Translations under genes and position numbers: made by a program | Assembly (NCBI RefSeq): GCF_006345805.1 | Contig: NC_043002.1 | Span: 79,422,001-79,486,000 of the forward strand | Length of the DNA: 64,000 nt | DNA from: Octopus sinensis | Taxonomy: Eukaryota | Direction of reading: 5' to 3' | Part shown: positions 1 to 12,944 of the stretch, in pieces | Layout of the letters: the number at the start of each line of letters is the position of its first letter | Numbering within the stretch: position 1 is the stretch's first letter | Notes under the pieces: generated by a model | The model's database searches: none | The model's input: only the letters and a program-made list of their open reading frames with translations | What the model was told of the DNA's origin: nothing

Positions 1-349
1 TTTTATTCATGAGTTATTTAATATGTATCGTTTGTTGTGATATATCGAAAAACACATTCTTGCAGTTGTACTGTAATGCTAATATGGTCACTCAAGCGAA
101 ACCTATTGACGGACAGAACTTATCTCCTGGAAATTTCTCGTAAGTGTGTGTGGATATGTGTGCACGCGCTCGAGTGTGCGTCAATAATATTATTATACAA
201 GCCTATATATATGTATGTATGTATGTATATATAATTGTATGTACGTATACATATGTGTGTATGTCTATGTATGCAAATTTTGTATTCTCATTCTTTGAAT
301 TCTTCCTATTAAGAAATGCTTCGATTCTCAACAAAGACGGCTTACTGTG

Positions 350-381
350 ATATATATATTAATATATATATATATATATAA

Positions 382-413
<32 letters not shown>

Positions 414-823
414 AGATATACATACATACATACATATAATACCTATATATATAATATATATATATATATACATATAAATACCTACATATATATAGATAGA
501 TACAGATATATATATATATATATATATTATATATTATATATATATATATATATAATATTATATATATATATACGAATATGAATATGAACAGATAGATACA
601 TGTTTATATATCGTTCTAATGATGAAGGTCTTGAAATGTTAATGGTCTTAGGATCGTTGTCAAAAAGGAAGAACAAAAAAATTCTCCATATAAAAAAATG
701 AAATCGAACATACGTACATTATATATATATATATTATACATACATAATAAATACATACACGCAGACAGACAAGCATACCTATACACACATATATGTATGT
801 ATATGTAGGTGGATGTATATAAT

Positions 824-857
<34 letters not shown>

Positions 858-895
858 ATATATATAATATATATATATATAATATATATATATTA
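350..895. repeat. (TA)n-rich microsatellite blocks
   Basis: Long imperfect TA runs at about 350-575 and 720-895. Confidence 0.95.
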
Positions 896-1721
896 CATCG
901 TTATTTGTACAGTGAACAGTTAGAATCTGAATGGCCCCTTGCATATGTATTCTAGTTACTTTACAGCAGTTTCGAACGCAAATATGCAAATATGCCAATC
1001 GCAGTTGGGGTCGTTTCAGAAGAACAGTTTCTTCTTTACGACTATGTGTTCATAACTTATTCATGTTCGTTAGTGCAAGGGGTACTGGGACATAGATATT
1101 TCGATATGATCTATCTTATGAGCCTGAAATACTCCGACTAATGAATCTAACAAAAGTCGATGGATCTATTTAAAATTTCAGTGACCAAACCGTTTATTGA
1201 TTCCCGTTGACACCTGCCAATCAATAGTAAAACATTATTTGCACGGGGAACAGGAAGAATCGAAACAATACTTGGCATATTCATTCTTAATATGTTCTTA
1301 AAATAGAAGCTGTTTACCTGTTAAGGGCAGAACAGCGATTATCATATTTGCGTTCGAATCTACCGGAATATATTAAGAGTTAAGAATGAAGGAGGAGGAG
1401 GACGACGAGGAGAAGTAGGACGAGGAGAAGGCGGAAGCAGCAACAAAAATAACAGCTAAAGGAATTGCAGCATCGGCAACAGCAGCAGCAGTAGCAATAG
1501 AAGCAATACCATCCAAATTCAGTACCGTTAGTTTTCGACATGAGACAGGTGAAAGTGATAGGAAATCATCAGCAGCAACGAATAGTAATTTGGGCCCACT
1601 TGATCGTTATATTACTGGTGGTGGTGGTGGTGGTAGTGGTTGTAAGTTGAGCAGGCACAAACTCTCCCCTGTCTTGAAACCTCCAAATCAATGAATAAAT
1701 AGAAATCAATAAAACAAACAC

Positions 1722-1724
<3 letters not shown>

Positions 1725-1785
<61 letters not shown>

Positions 1786-1817
1786 TAATAATAATAATAA
1801 TAGTGATAATAATAATA
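1725..1817 (+). repeat. (AAT)n microsatellite
   Basis: Near-perfect AAT run; source of the poly-Y and poly-I ORF artefacts. Confidence 0.95.
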
Positions 1818-2132
1818 GGGGTTTGAACAATTCACCTCTGGCAACATGGGTGTTTCGTTCAACATCCTTAAACAACCCTTATTCAGGGACCTTTCGAGTG
1901 GGATAGGTTACTCGACCTGAAGAAAATTCTAACTGGGCCCCACCTGCAAAGTCATGTGCTGTTTATTTTGATATGAGATCACCATGTCGCGCACATATAG
2001 TTGTGATGCATGTGCCTAGTGTACTCTTATCAGACGGGTAGTCATGATGGGTATAATGGGCTTCGTATATTTTACCCCAGTGTCACTTTGATGGCATGCA
2101 CTGCTCTCTCACTCAATAATAATAATAATAAT

Positions 2133-2175
<43 letters not shown>
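1818..2175 (+). mobile_element. Putative 3' UTR fragment of a non-LTR retroelement with (AAT)n tail
   Basis: About 300 bp of complex sequence bounded by (AAT)n on both sides, ending ...ctctctcactc(aat)n; resembles a recalled octopus repeat, but there is no second copy in the window. Confidence 0.4.
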
Positions 2176-2176
<1 letters not shown>

Positions 2177-2177
<1 letters not shown>

Positions 2178-2330
2178 ATTATTTACATTATTTACAGTTG
2201 ACGGATATTTGTCCTCATCTTGTTTATTGTTCACATAACGTTTCAGCTGATATACCCGCCAGCGTCAGCCATCATCAGGTGTCTTGGGGAAATTTCGAAC
2301 CTGGGTTCTCATTCCTAAGGTATTGTTTGA

Positions 2331-2404
<74 letters not shown>

Positions 2405-2480
2405 GGGTTGCTGCCTGGAATCGAACTCGGAACCTTGGAATTAATGGCCTGCTATCTTAACGACTACGCCATATGCCCGC
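2177..2480 (-). mobile_element. tRNA-derived SINE family D, copy 1 (carries hammerhead ribozyme motif)
   Basis: Minus strand: A box TGGCGTAGTCG, B box GAGTTCGATTCC, internal (AAT)n, body ...ttaggaatgagaacccaggttcgaaatttccccaag, then HHR; homologous to 42548-42800. Confidence 0.88.
2233..2282 (-). ncRNA. Minimal type I hammerhead ribozyme motif (degenerate copy)
   Basis: acac-CTGATGA-t-GGCTGA...TCAGCT-GAAACGTT-atgt: intact core, stem II, ACGT palindrome; one stem I mismatch. Confidence 0.75.
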
Positions 2481-3032
2481 GCCCTTGCGTTGAAAATATT
2501 AACCAGCATATAGGAAAATCCTCCCTCAACTCGATCTCTCCCTCTCTCCTCGCCCTCTTTCACTGTTCTCTATTGCTGAACGCTTAACGTTCTAGGATGA
2601 AAAATAATTGTAACCAAGAATAACTTCTAAACTATGAACTTTTCCCTCGTTAAGAAATGTCTAACTTCGTAAAATTTCGAATTTTGTCATAATTCATTTG
2701 TATCAACTTATGAAATGCTGACGATTTCAAAAAATGACGAAAGAATGCTATGCTATACACGACTGCCAACGATTAGAAACTTCAAGAATTTTATAATGAG
2801 CACAAGAAGAATTGAACGTGTATTCTCTGTACACCAACATTTCACTTTGTTGTAAGTCGCAGTTTCAAATCTGCTCCTGTTTAGTTTAATCTAGAAATTA
2901 TTTTCTCCCGTATAATGATTAATCGCCAGGTGCGCGCCTTGTATGCGCAAAACAAAAAGCAATCACATAAGAAAAAGAACAAGCAGTAAGAATAAAACGA
3001 ACAACGGCAATAACAACAACAGCCACAGTGGT

Positions 3033-3592
3033 GGTGCAATGGTCCATTGGTTAGGGCAGCGGATTCGCAGTCGTAAGAACGCGGTTGCAATTCCCAGACC
3101 GGGCATTGTGAGTGTTTATTGAGCAAAAACACCTAAGCTCCACGAGGCTCCGGCGGGGTGTGGTGGTGAACCCCACTGTACTCTTTTACCACAACTTTCT
3201 CTCACTCTTTCTTCCTACTTCTGCCACAAAGCAGAAGAACCGTGGTGTAATCCACTATGGTGTGGTAAACTTTCAGACCCTAGTCTAGATTGCGAATCCT
3301 CTGTACCCCAAGATGGTTCAGCTCTCCACCCGTTAAAAGCCACCGTTTACGGAATAAGGATAACAACGTAGCTTTCGCGCCCGTGCAACCACTAGTCTAT
3401 CGCGTGTGGTGGGTGGATCTTCAAGTTGCCTCACGCATCCTTAGTAGCTTAGAGTAGGCTCGAACTAGAGATTATTCTTCGTGGCTAATGGCATGAGTCC
3501 TGATTGGAAGAAGAAGAAGAAGAAGAAGAAGAAGAAGAAGAAGAAGAAGGAGAAGAAGAAGAAGAAGAAGAAGAAGAAGAAGAGAAGAAGAA
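3033..3592 (+). mobile_element. tRNA-derived SINE family A with long 3' part and (AAG)n tail
   Basis: Head tggtgcaatggtccattggttagggcagcgg...ggttgcaattcc homologous to 45621-45785 and 58435-58545; ends in (AAG)n at 3508-3592. Confidence 0.8.
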
Positions 3593-4239
3593 GACACCAG
3601 CAGCCAGGGCCATTTCAATTGTTTTATAGGCTCCCGGGTAAACCAGAGCACTGGGACCTAATAATGTTTATTCATTGGCAATTTTGAATTGGGTCCCTAA
3701 ACCTGTGAGGGCCCTGGACAATTGCTGAGAGTGCCCATGTCTTATGACGGCACTGGTTGCACCACCAGCAACACCAATAAGAAGTAGAACAACAACAGAA
3801 CAACAACAACAATTACAACAACCAGTGGAAGGGCAACAAGAGTAGTGTAACGATGTTGACAACAGCAACAGCAACAACAGCAGTTGCAGAAATGTTAATA
3901 ATAATAATAAGACAAGTCAACTAGGCAGCCTCTACAGTCTATAAGGAGGTTGTATTTGCTAGAGATAGCAGTAAAAACTCCATGAAGTTACACTAAACAC
4001 TACAAAAACGAAAAGACTTAATGGACAAATTGGTTCTTCGCGAGGTGGTTACAGCGGCAACGAGTTGATCGTAGATCAGTTTAAAAGAAGTGCGTTTATA
4101 AAGGACCAGCCATGACGATCCCGCCTGCTTTCAGATTTGTTCTTCCTAATTTTAGATTGGAAACTAATGATATGGTGGATTTGGTTACTATGTTTAGCCG
4201 TTCAAGCGACCACATAATGACCCCTTTCTTGATTTCATG

Positions 4240-4434
4240 GGGGATGTTACCGATGATGGTAGCGATGTTGGTGGGACTGATTATGATGGTGTTGACGATG
4301 AGATGACGTTGGTGATGTTGGTGGTAGTGGTAGAGATGGTGTTGATGGTGTCGGTGACGAAGGTGATGCTGGAGATGGTGATATTACTGACGTTGATTAT
4401 GCTCATGGAGGTGGTGATGATGATGATGATGTTG

Positions 4435-4475
<41 letters not shown>

Positions 4476-4686
4476 TTGATTGTGATGATGATGGTGATGA
4501 TTATGCTGGCATTGACAATGATGATGATGGCGATGATGTTGCTGCTGGTGGTAGTGATGGTGCTGATGATGATATTGATGATGATAATGATAAAGGTGAT
4601 GATGATAATAATGATGATAATGATGGCAATGATTATGACGGCAGTAATGATGATGATATTGATGGTGATGGTGATGAGGATAATGT

Positions 4687-4734
<48 letters not shown>

Positions 4735-4758
4735 CGATGGCAATGATTATGACGACAG

Positions 4759-4789
<31 letters not shown>

Positions 4790-5000
4790 AACGATGGTGA
4801 TGATTATTACGATGGTGATGATAATAATGTTGACGATGGTGATGATGACGATGGTGATGATAATAATGTTGACGATGATGATGACGATGATGATAAAGAT
4901 GATGATGATAACGATGGTGATGATTATGACGACAGTGATGATGATGATGATAATGATGATGATGATCGTGATGATGATAGTTATTATGACGATGTCGACA
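4240..5000 (+). repeat. Degenerate (GAT)n trinucleotide array
   Basis: ATG/GAT repeats with variants; produces the poly-M and poly-I ORF artefacts. Confidence 0.95.
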
Positions 5001-5662
5001 ACCATGTCAATTTTGTATTTTTTTTTTTGCGATGATGTAAGGGAAAGGCGGCGTAATTTTGAGACAGAGGTAATGTTCTGTGGTAGGACGGACTTGTTAG
5101 GGTGGGGTGGGGTGGGGTGGTGGAGTGGTGGGTGATGAAAAATGCACATAAAAGCAATGAAAAATTCCTGGTGAAGTGGGTGTCGTACTGAAGAATCTCT
5201 CACACGCATACATTTTTCTTGAATAAACACACGTCCAGACACATACTCCACATACAAATATATATATACACATACTCGCACCACAAATTTACACATATAG
5301 CCACCCTTTCATAGACCGTACATGAGTATGCCACACTTAGACACAGAAATATGCACATATTCCAATACGCATTAATACTAATTGTGACAGTTGTATGTAT
5401 ACGCACACACACACACACACACACAACACACACACACACACCCTTAAGCATACACATATGCACTGCATACTCGTGTACACACTGTCTCAAGCTCAGATAT
5501 GTTGACATTGAGTTAGGTATGACATAACACACACTGATGTTTTCATTTATCCACATACGGTCTTATTAATATCTGTATGTACACGCGCACACACACACAC
5601 AATCACATACATGCATGTTTACACAAACCTTGATACGAATCCATATATATATATATATATAT

Positions 5663-5712
5663 GGTGCTCCAGTATGGGCGCAATCAAATGACTGAAACAG
5701 ATAAAAAATAAA
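5663..5712 (+). mobile_element. SINE family B 3' tail fragment
   Basis: ggtgctccagtatgggcgcaatcaaatgactgaaacagataaaaaataaaagaat. Confidence 0.75.
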
Positions 5713-6002
5713 AGAATATATATATATATATAAACGCGCATACACATACGTTTATACTACATCTATGCATAAACAACACATACAGACGCTTACATAAATA
5801 TTAAAACACTCATAAGTTCCCTATCTTTCTCCCTCTTTGTCTGTTGTACACATACACACACACACACACATATGTATATACTCAAACAAACTCTCGTACA
5901 TACACTGCACTCTCATACACGTACACACACACACACACTCATGTACGCACGCAAGCACAAGCACACATCGATATTAACACGCTGAAAGGAAAATACACAA
6001 GT

Positions 6003-6019
6003 ATATCTATCTATCTATC

Positions 6020-6050
<31 letters not shown>

Positions 6051-6110
6051 CTATCTATCTGTCTGTCTGTCTGTCTGCCTGTCTGTTTTTCTGTCTGTCT
6101 GTCTGTCTGC

Positions 6111-6207
<97 letters not shown>

Positions 6208-6445
6208 AAAGGGACTTACGATGCATATATACAAACAAAAATTATTGCATACAAAAATACATATACAAAACAATATTTATATATATATGTGTGTGTATGT
6301 ATATTTATAAATATGTATTTATGTAGGTATGTTTATAGATGTGCGTAGATGTATGTTTGCATGTATGTATATACGTACGTATACTTGTATGTACGTGTCT
6401 ATATATCTGTATGTCTGCATGTGTGTATGGGTGTATTTATGTATG

Positions 6446-6500
<55 letters not shown>

Positions 6501-6600
6501 ATATATATATATATATATATACATATATACGCACGCTAAAACGTATATGTATACACACACATACACACACATACACACACTCACTCACTCACTAAAACGT
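6003..6600. repeat. Compound microsatellite (TATC)n-(TGTC)n-(TC)n-(TA)n-(CA)n
   Basis: Successive tetra- and dinucleotide runs. Confidence 0.95.
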
Positions 6601-7579
6601 ATAGAGAGTGTTAACAAAAAAATGGAACCGACAATAACAACGATGATGTCTGTGACTCATGGCTAAAGAATGGTCTTCGTAAAAATGGTGGGCCAAAGGG
6701 TGGAATGGTGGCGGCAGTGGGAGGATATGGAGCGTAAACTGTAAAAATGTTGTGGGATGCGTGGGTTGGGGAGGAGTGAGGGGAATGAGGGGGAGACGGA
6801 GTGGCGGTAGCAGGAGGTGGATGGGAGGTTAGATTCGGAGTACGGTGCGAGGTGTTATAGGGTTGAAGAGTTGGATAGGAAGGAAGGAAGAAAGGAAGGA
6901 AAGAAGGTGATGTGCCTGTTGTTGTTATTGTTGTTGTTGTTGTTGTCGTCGTCGTTGTTGTGTAAAAATGATACAAAACGATAATACCACCAAAAACAAA
7001 AAAACAAACAAACTGCAAATAGCCCTTACCACCACCACCACTACCAACACTACCACCACCATCAACACTACCATCACTACAACTTGTGCTTCGAAAGAAA
7101 GAAAACATTAGTTAGAATTAGGTAGAGGAGTGGGGTCGACAAATAATGAAAGTAGGGAGAGGAGGAGGAGGAGGAGAAGTTGGAGGAAAAGAAATATAGA
7201 GTTGGTATAGGAAAGAAAGGGGAAAGGGGGGAGATGAGAAAAAGATATTTTGAAGAGAGAGAGGGAGAGAGACGGATAAAGACAGAGTAAGAGAGGAGCA
7301 GGAGGAGATAGAAGGAGAGAGGGGGGAGAACGGAAAAGGTGAGAGTGTGGAAGAAAGAAACAGGTAGAGAGACAGAGAAAAAAAGTGTGTTAGGTAAAAA
7401 GAGCGAATGAAACATTGAGAAATTAGTGAGAGGAATACAAGAAAGAGTTATAAAAAGTAAAAAGGAGAGAATGGCATGGGAAGAAGCGCAGAAGGATTAG
7501 AGAAAAATAGAAGAGATGGAAGAGTTTTGTAGTTTTGAAGAGGAAGGAGCGAAAGGGAATAGAAAGAATGTCTTTATAA

Positions 7580-7582
7580 GAT

Positions 7583-7638
<56 letters not shown>

Positions 7639-7641
7639 TAA

Positions 7642-7684
<43 letters not shown>

Positions 7685-7687
7685 GAT

Positions 7688-7720
<33 letters not shown>
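7580..7720 (+). repeat. (GATA)n microsatellite
   Basis: Near-perfect GATA run. Confidence 0.95.
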
Positions 7721-7721
<1 letters not shown>

Positions 7722-7722
<1 letters not shown>

Positions 7723-7933
7723 AGGCGGCGAGCTGGCAGAATCGTTAGCACGCCGGGCGAAATGCGTAGCCGTATTTCGTCTGATGTTCAAATTCCGTCG
7801 AGGTCGACTTTGCCTTTCATCCTATCGGGGTCGATTAAACAAGTACCAGTTACGCACTGGGGTCGATATAATCGACTTAATCCTTGTTTGTCCTCTCTGT
7901 GTGTAGCCCCTTGTGGGCAGTAAAAAAGAAATA
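7722..7933 (+). mobile_element. tRNA-derived SINE family C
   Basis: aaggcggcgagctggcagaatcgttagcacg head, degenerate B box gttcaaattcc, core gtcgactttgcctttcatcc..ggggtcga; multiple homologues in the window. Confidence 0.9.
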
Positions 7934-7934
7934 G

Positions 7935-8706
7935 AAATATATATAGATAGATAGATAGAGTGAGAGGGGGGAAGTTAAGGGAGAGAGAAATGTTAGAGAC
8001 TTGAAAGAGAATGAGAGAGCATGTATTGAAAGACAGAGGAATGAGACAATATGGAAACAAAAAATAGATAGATAGCAAGAGGGAGAAAGAGAGGGAGAGG
8101 GGGACAAGGGGACAAGGAGATAGAGGAGAGAGGGAGAGAGTGGGAGTTAAGGGAGAGAGAAATGTTAGAGATTTTGAGAGAGGGAGAAGGAGAGAGAGGA
8201 GAGTTAAGGGAGAGAGAAATGTTAGACTTGAGAGAGAAAGAGGAAGCATGTATTGAGAGATAGAGTAATGAGACAGTAGATAGATAGCAAAAAGAGAAAG
8301 GGGGAGAATGGAGAGAGAGGGAGAGGGGAGGAAGAAAGAGGAAATAACGATAGATAGGGTGATTGAGAGGAAGAGAAAGCGTGAGAGAGAGAGTGTGTGT
8401 GTATAGAAAGACATGATAATGAGACAGAATAGTGACAAATTTCAGACACAACAAATAGATAGATAGATAGATAGATAGATAGAAAGAGAGAGAAAGATGG
8501 AGAGCAAGGAAGAGAAAGAGAAGGGGAGAGAAAGTGAGCGATAGATGGAGAAAGAGAGGCGTAGTGGAAATATAGAAAGAGATGAAAGACAGTAGAGAAA
8601 GTTTGAGGAGGCAATGTTGACACAAAGTAAAACTAGAGAATGGAAAGATAAGGGAAGCAGATAAAATGAGACGGAATATATCAGAAAGATAGACAGATAG
8701 ACAGAC

Positions 8707-8769
<63 letters not shown>

Positions 8770-8770
8770 G
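7935..8770 (+). repeat. Purine-rich low-complexity region with internal duplications and (GATA)n
   Basis: gagttaagggagagagaaatgttaga occurs three times (about 7972, 8144, 8200); GATA runs. Confidence 0.85.
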
Positions 8771-8999
8771 GTATACACAGAGAAACGGGCTTGGAGAGGG
8801 AATTGTATTCAAAAGGGTGCGTGGGTTTGAGGTGGTTGTTAAATGTCGCCTAACATTTTTGGTGGGACATGGTTTTGAGGATATTTTTTGTTTTTTGTTT
8901 TAAATATCTTTCATGTATTATGTTTGGAGACAGTTTAGGAATGAATTAAATAGAGTCAACCACATATTCACACGCATTCATACCATAAATCCAAAAGAC

Positions 9000-9357
9000 A
9001 TACATACATACGTTGATACATACATACATACATACATACATACATACATACATACATACATACAATCGAACACACACGCACACGCACGTACATATATTTA
9101 TTTTCATATATATATATATTCATACACACACACACACACTATATATATATATATACTTACATGTACATATATAACATACACGCATGCTTAGGCATATAAT
9201 ACATACATTGATACACAAAGATATACATACGTCCTTTGTTACACGCATACAAATATGCATACATACATACTTATACGTATATATATATATATGAGTATAT
9301 ATATATAGACACATACTTGCCTACACACATACACACATACATACATACATACATACA

Positions 9358-9388
<31 letters not shown>

Positions 9389-9549
9389 TTATACATATAT
9401 GTATATATATATATGCATGTATATACACACGCATGCATACGTCATAATAACGACCATGTATGTACAAATATATATAAGCACATGCGTATATATCACACGC
9501 ACACTCGGACACACATGTATACACATATACACAGACAGAGGGAGAGAGG

Positions 9550-9621
<72 letters not shown>

Positions 9622-9630
9622 AATACAGAG
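9000..9630. repeat. Compound (CATA)n/(TA)n/(TG)n/(GA)n microsatellites
   Basis: Direct reading. Confidence 0.95.
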
Positions 9631-9997
9631 ACAGACAGCTATTACGCAACTGGAGTGCTCCCTATGATACCACGTGCGTGAAATACTTCAAATATTTCAA
9701 CTGGATGAAGCACTGTTTTCTCCTTGTCGTTGTTGTTGGTGTTGTTATTGTTGTTGGCAATGGTGGTGATAATGTTCTTGTTCTTGTTACTGTTTGTCAT
9801 TCTTTTTGTTGTTGCTGCTGTTGCTGCTGACGTTGGCGGTGGTGATTTTGGTAACATTAGTGTCACATGCTTTGGTGCTGCTCGCATGGGGTAAAACGCA
9901 AGTGGGGTTTACTCTGCTTTTTCTGGTGGTGCTAATGATTGTAGTATTGGCAGTTGTATATATCGGTCGTTATTTTGGTGATGTTAAGGTATATTAA

Positions 9998-10450
9998 TAC
10001 TCTTTTATTCGTTTACTCTTTTACTTGTTTCAGTCATTTCACTGCGGCTATGCTGGAGAGCCGACTTTAGTCGAGCAAATCGACCCCGGAACTTATGCTT
10101 TGTAAGCCTTGTACTTATTCTATCGGTGTCTTTTGCCGAACCGCTAAGTTGCGGGGACGTAAACCCACCAGCATCGGTCGTCAAATTATGTTGGGGGAGA
10201 ACACAGACACACAACCCCCCCCACACACACACACCCACACCCACACCCACACACATACACACACATATGTATATATATATATATATGAGACGGGCTTCTT
10301 TCAGTTTTCGTCTACCAAATCCACTCACAAGGCTTTGGTCGGCCCGAGGCTATAATAGAAGACACTTGCCGAAGGTGCCACGCAGAGGGACTGAACCCGG
10401 AACCATGTGGTTGGTAAGCAAGCTACTTACCACACAGCCACTCCTACACC
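9998..10450 (-). mobile_element. tRNA-derived SINE family B, full length
   Basis: Minus strand: head gtggctgtgtggtaag...ggttccgggttcagtccc, left body, internal microsatellite, right body, tail ...gactgaaacaagtaaa(agagt)n. Confidence 0.92.
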
Positions 10451-10769
10451 TATATGTAGATATACGTTGTAGTTCTGGTTGTAGTTGTAGTAGGAGTAAT
10501 AATAGAAGTATTAATGGTAGTTGTAGTGGTAATTGTTGTGATATAATGGTATATAACTGATGTTATTGTTGTTGTTGTTGGTGGTGGTATTGGTGTTTGT
10601 TGGTGGTTAGTGGTTGGTGGTAATGGTTGTGGTGGTTGTGTTGGTTGTGGTGGAGGTGGTGGTAATGGTGGTGGTGGTTTTGGTGGTTCTGGAAATTATA
10701 GTCTAATGACAAATTGGAACTTAAAATATTCAAAACACCGTCAGATGATAGACGTAAGGGGAACAGAAA

Positions 10770-10807
10770 GACAAGGAGAGGAAAAGAGGGAGAGAAAGAA
10801 AGAAAGA

Positions 10808-10839
<32 letters not shown>

Positions 10840-11117
10840 AAGAGAGATAGAAAGAGAGAGAGAGAAAGAGAGAGAGAAAGCGAGAGAGAAAGCGAGAGAG
10901 AAAGAGAGAGTGAGAGAGAGACTACAGAGAAAATGAAAGCTATATAGAGAGATGGAGGGAGAGAGTGTGATAAAAATCGACGGAGAAATTGGCAGGAGAA
11001 TTGAGAGGGATATAAATAGAAGGAGAGGGGAGAGAGAAAGGGAGAGAGAAAGAGGGGGGAGATAAATAGATAGGGTGTGTGAGTGAGAGAGAGAGAAAGC
11101 GAATGAGAAAGAGTGTA

Positions 11118-11185
<68 letters not shown>
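10770..11185 (+). repeat. (GA)n-rich microsatellite
   Basis: Long GA/GAGAGAAA runs. Confidence 0.95.
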
Positions 11186-11187
<2 letters not shown>

Positions 11188-11630
11188 TTATTGGACTGCA
11201 ACCATGCTGGAGAACCCTCTTGAAGATTTCTAGTCTATTACATCGATCTCTGCTTTTAGCATTATCGTGTTCATTTTATGTATCACTGTTGAATAACCAA
11301 AGTAATCTTAGTATTGTAAAAAAGTTTAAGAGAAACATTCGTTTGGAGTTGGAAAATAGGTGACATTACAACGAGACAGACAGGCTAGGGAAATAGATAG
11401 AATTCCACGGAGGGGAGATATTACAGAGACAGGACTGTTATGCTTTGCATAAAGACCCGCGCATGAATGAAGGTAAAACTGTGTGTGAAAGCTGAGCGAA
11501 TGTTTATGTTGTTTGAAACGTTACTTAAAAAGTAAAAATTATATTTGTGCTATTAAAGCATTTGTAGTGCCAGTCATAACATACAATTTTGTGGTCGGTA
11601 AAGGAAGTTTACTGGTCTCTATTCTGTATT

Positions 11631-12030
11631 ATTTACTTACTTAAACCTTTTGCTCCCTATGCAGAATAGATCAATGGCGATTTTTCTCCACCGTTCCCGA
11701 CTCAAGACTATTTTTTTCTGCTTTTCTTCGAGTTGGATACCTGTTTTTAGTGGGTGTCAGCTTTTTACCCTTCCCGTTTCCCTAAAGGAAAGCCTTCCAC
11801 TTTCAAGTCTTGTTTATTTTTAATTGTTATTGATGTTTTTGCAACATAGTTTTTGTCAAGGTAGGGGTGATGACTCAATGCAAACCCACTTTTACATGTG
11901 TCAAAAGGTGAGTGCTATCCTTTGAGCTGTCCAGCTCGTCAAGTGCTCCTAGGAGCTTGTACTCTGATAGCAGAGCTCTTGGGATCATTGAGACATATAA
12001 GCCAACACACTGCAACAAGGAGTGAGCATT
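11631..12030 (-). mobile_element. Internally deleted RTE-clade LINE derivative (5' UTR joined to 3' end)
   Basis: Minus strand: RTE-like 5' UTR (ccttgttgcagtg...tgtctcaatgatcccaagagct; ...catcacccctaccttgacaaaaac), then C-terminal RERWRKIAIDLFC..* and (TAAG)n tail. Confidence 0.6.
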
Positions 12031-12137
12031 ATGATAGTCTATATTCTGTAGGCCCTGGGGAATCTTTTTATAAAATATCACATATTAGCTAAGCCTGACA
12101 TGAAACGATTACTATGCCTCAGTGAAGGAAGGTAATA

Positions 12138-12262
12138 AGGTCGCAAACTGGCAGAATCGTTAGTGCGCCGTGCAAAACGCTTAGTGGCATTTCATCCGTC
12201 TTTACGTTCTGAGTTCAAATTCCGCCGAGACCGACCTTGCCTTTCATCTTTTCGAGGTCGAC
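12138..12262 (+). mobile_element. SINE family C, 5' part
   Basis: Head, B box gagttcaaattcc and core up to ggtcga. Confidence 0.85.
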
Positions 12263-12590
12263 TCCGAGACTTATTATTTGTAAGCCCAGTACTTATTCTA
12301 TCGGCTCACTTTTGCCAAACCGCTAGGTTACGGGGACGTAAACACACCAACATAGGTTATCAATCGATGTTGGGGTAAAAACACAGACACACAAACACAC
12401 AAACACACACTCACACACACACATATACGACGGGCTTCTTTCAGTTTCCGTTTACCAAATTTACTCACAAGGCTTTGGTCGTCCCAAGGCTATATTAGAA
12501 GACACTTGCCCAAGGTATCACGCAGTGGAACTGAACCCTGAATCATGTGGTTGGTAAGCAAGCCATTTACCACACAGCCATTCCTGCGCC
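12262..12590 (-). mobile_element. SINE family B, 3'-truncated
   Basis: Homologous to 9998-10450; lacks tail. Confidence 0.88.
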
Positions 12591-12763
12591 TAGAGGAAGC
12601 CATTGCTGCGCCTAACAAAACTACAACATAAGCAAGAGGTTTTACTCCTCGGTAACTACAACGAATTTGCCTTTTGTTTACTTCTTACATTTGTCTTCTC
12701 ATCTCTCTTTAGCGCTGATACTATTGTATATATACAGTAGTATATATATTTGTGTGTGTGTGG

Positions 12764-12798
<35 letters not shown>

Positions 12799-12944
12799 AA
12801 GAGAGAGAAAAATAAAGAGATAGAGAGAGAGAGAGAGTGCATGTGTGTGTGTGTGTGTATTTGTGTGTGTGCGCTTGTATTTGTATTTCCTTTTCATCAC
12901 CGTGTAACAACTGCTTTCGTTCTACCCCCGTAACATCGTGGTTC

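Noticed and set aside
2790-2850. IERVFS motif resembling a hAT dimerisation domain
   Set aside because: Six-residue match only; no flanking homology or TIRs
3605-3755. Possible small hAT MITE (cagggcc...gacggcactg)
   Set aside because: TIR match is weak and there is no 8-bp TSD
5100-5117. G-quadruplex motif gggtggggtggggtgggg
   Set aside because: Simple (GGGGT)n repeat, expected in this low-complexity background; no functional context
4403-5296. Long ORFs (297, 233, 260, 221 aa and similar) across the window
   Set aside because: Translations of tri-, di- and tetranucleotide microsatellites (poly-I, M, L, YI, SIYL); no domain content
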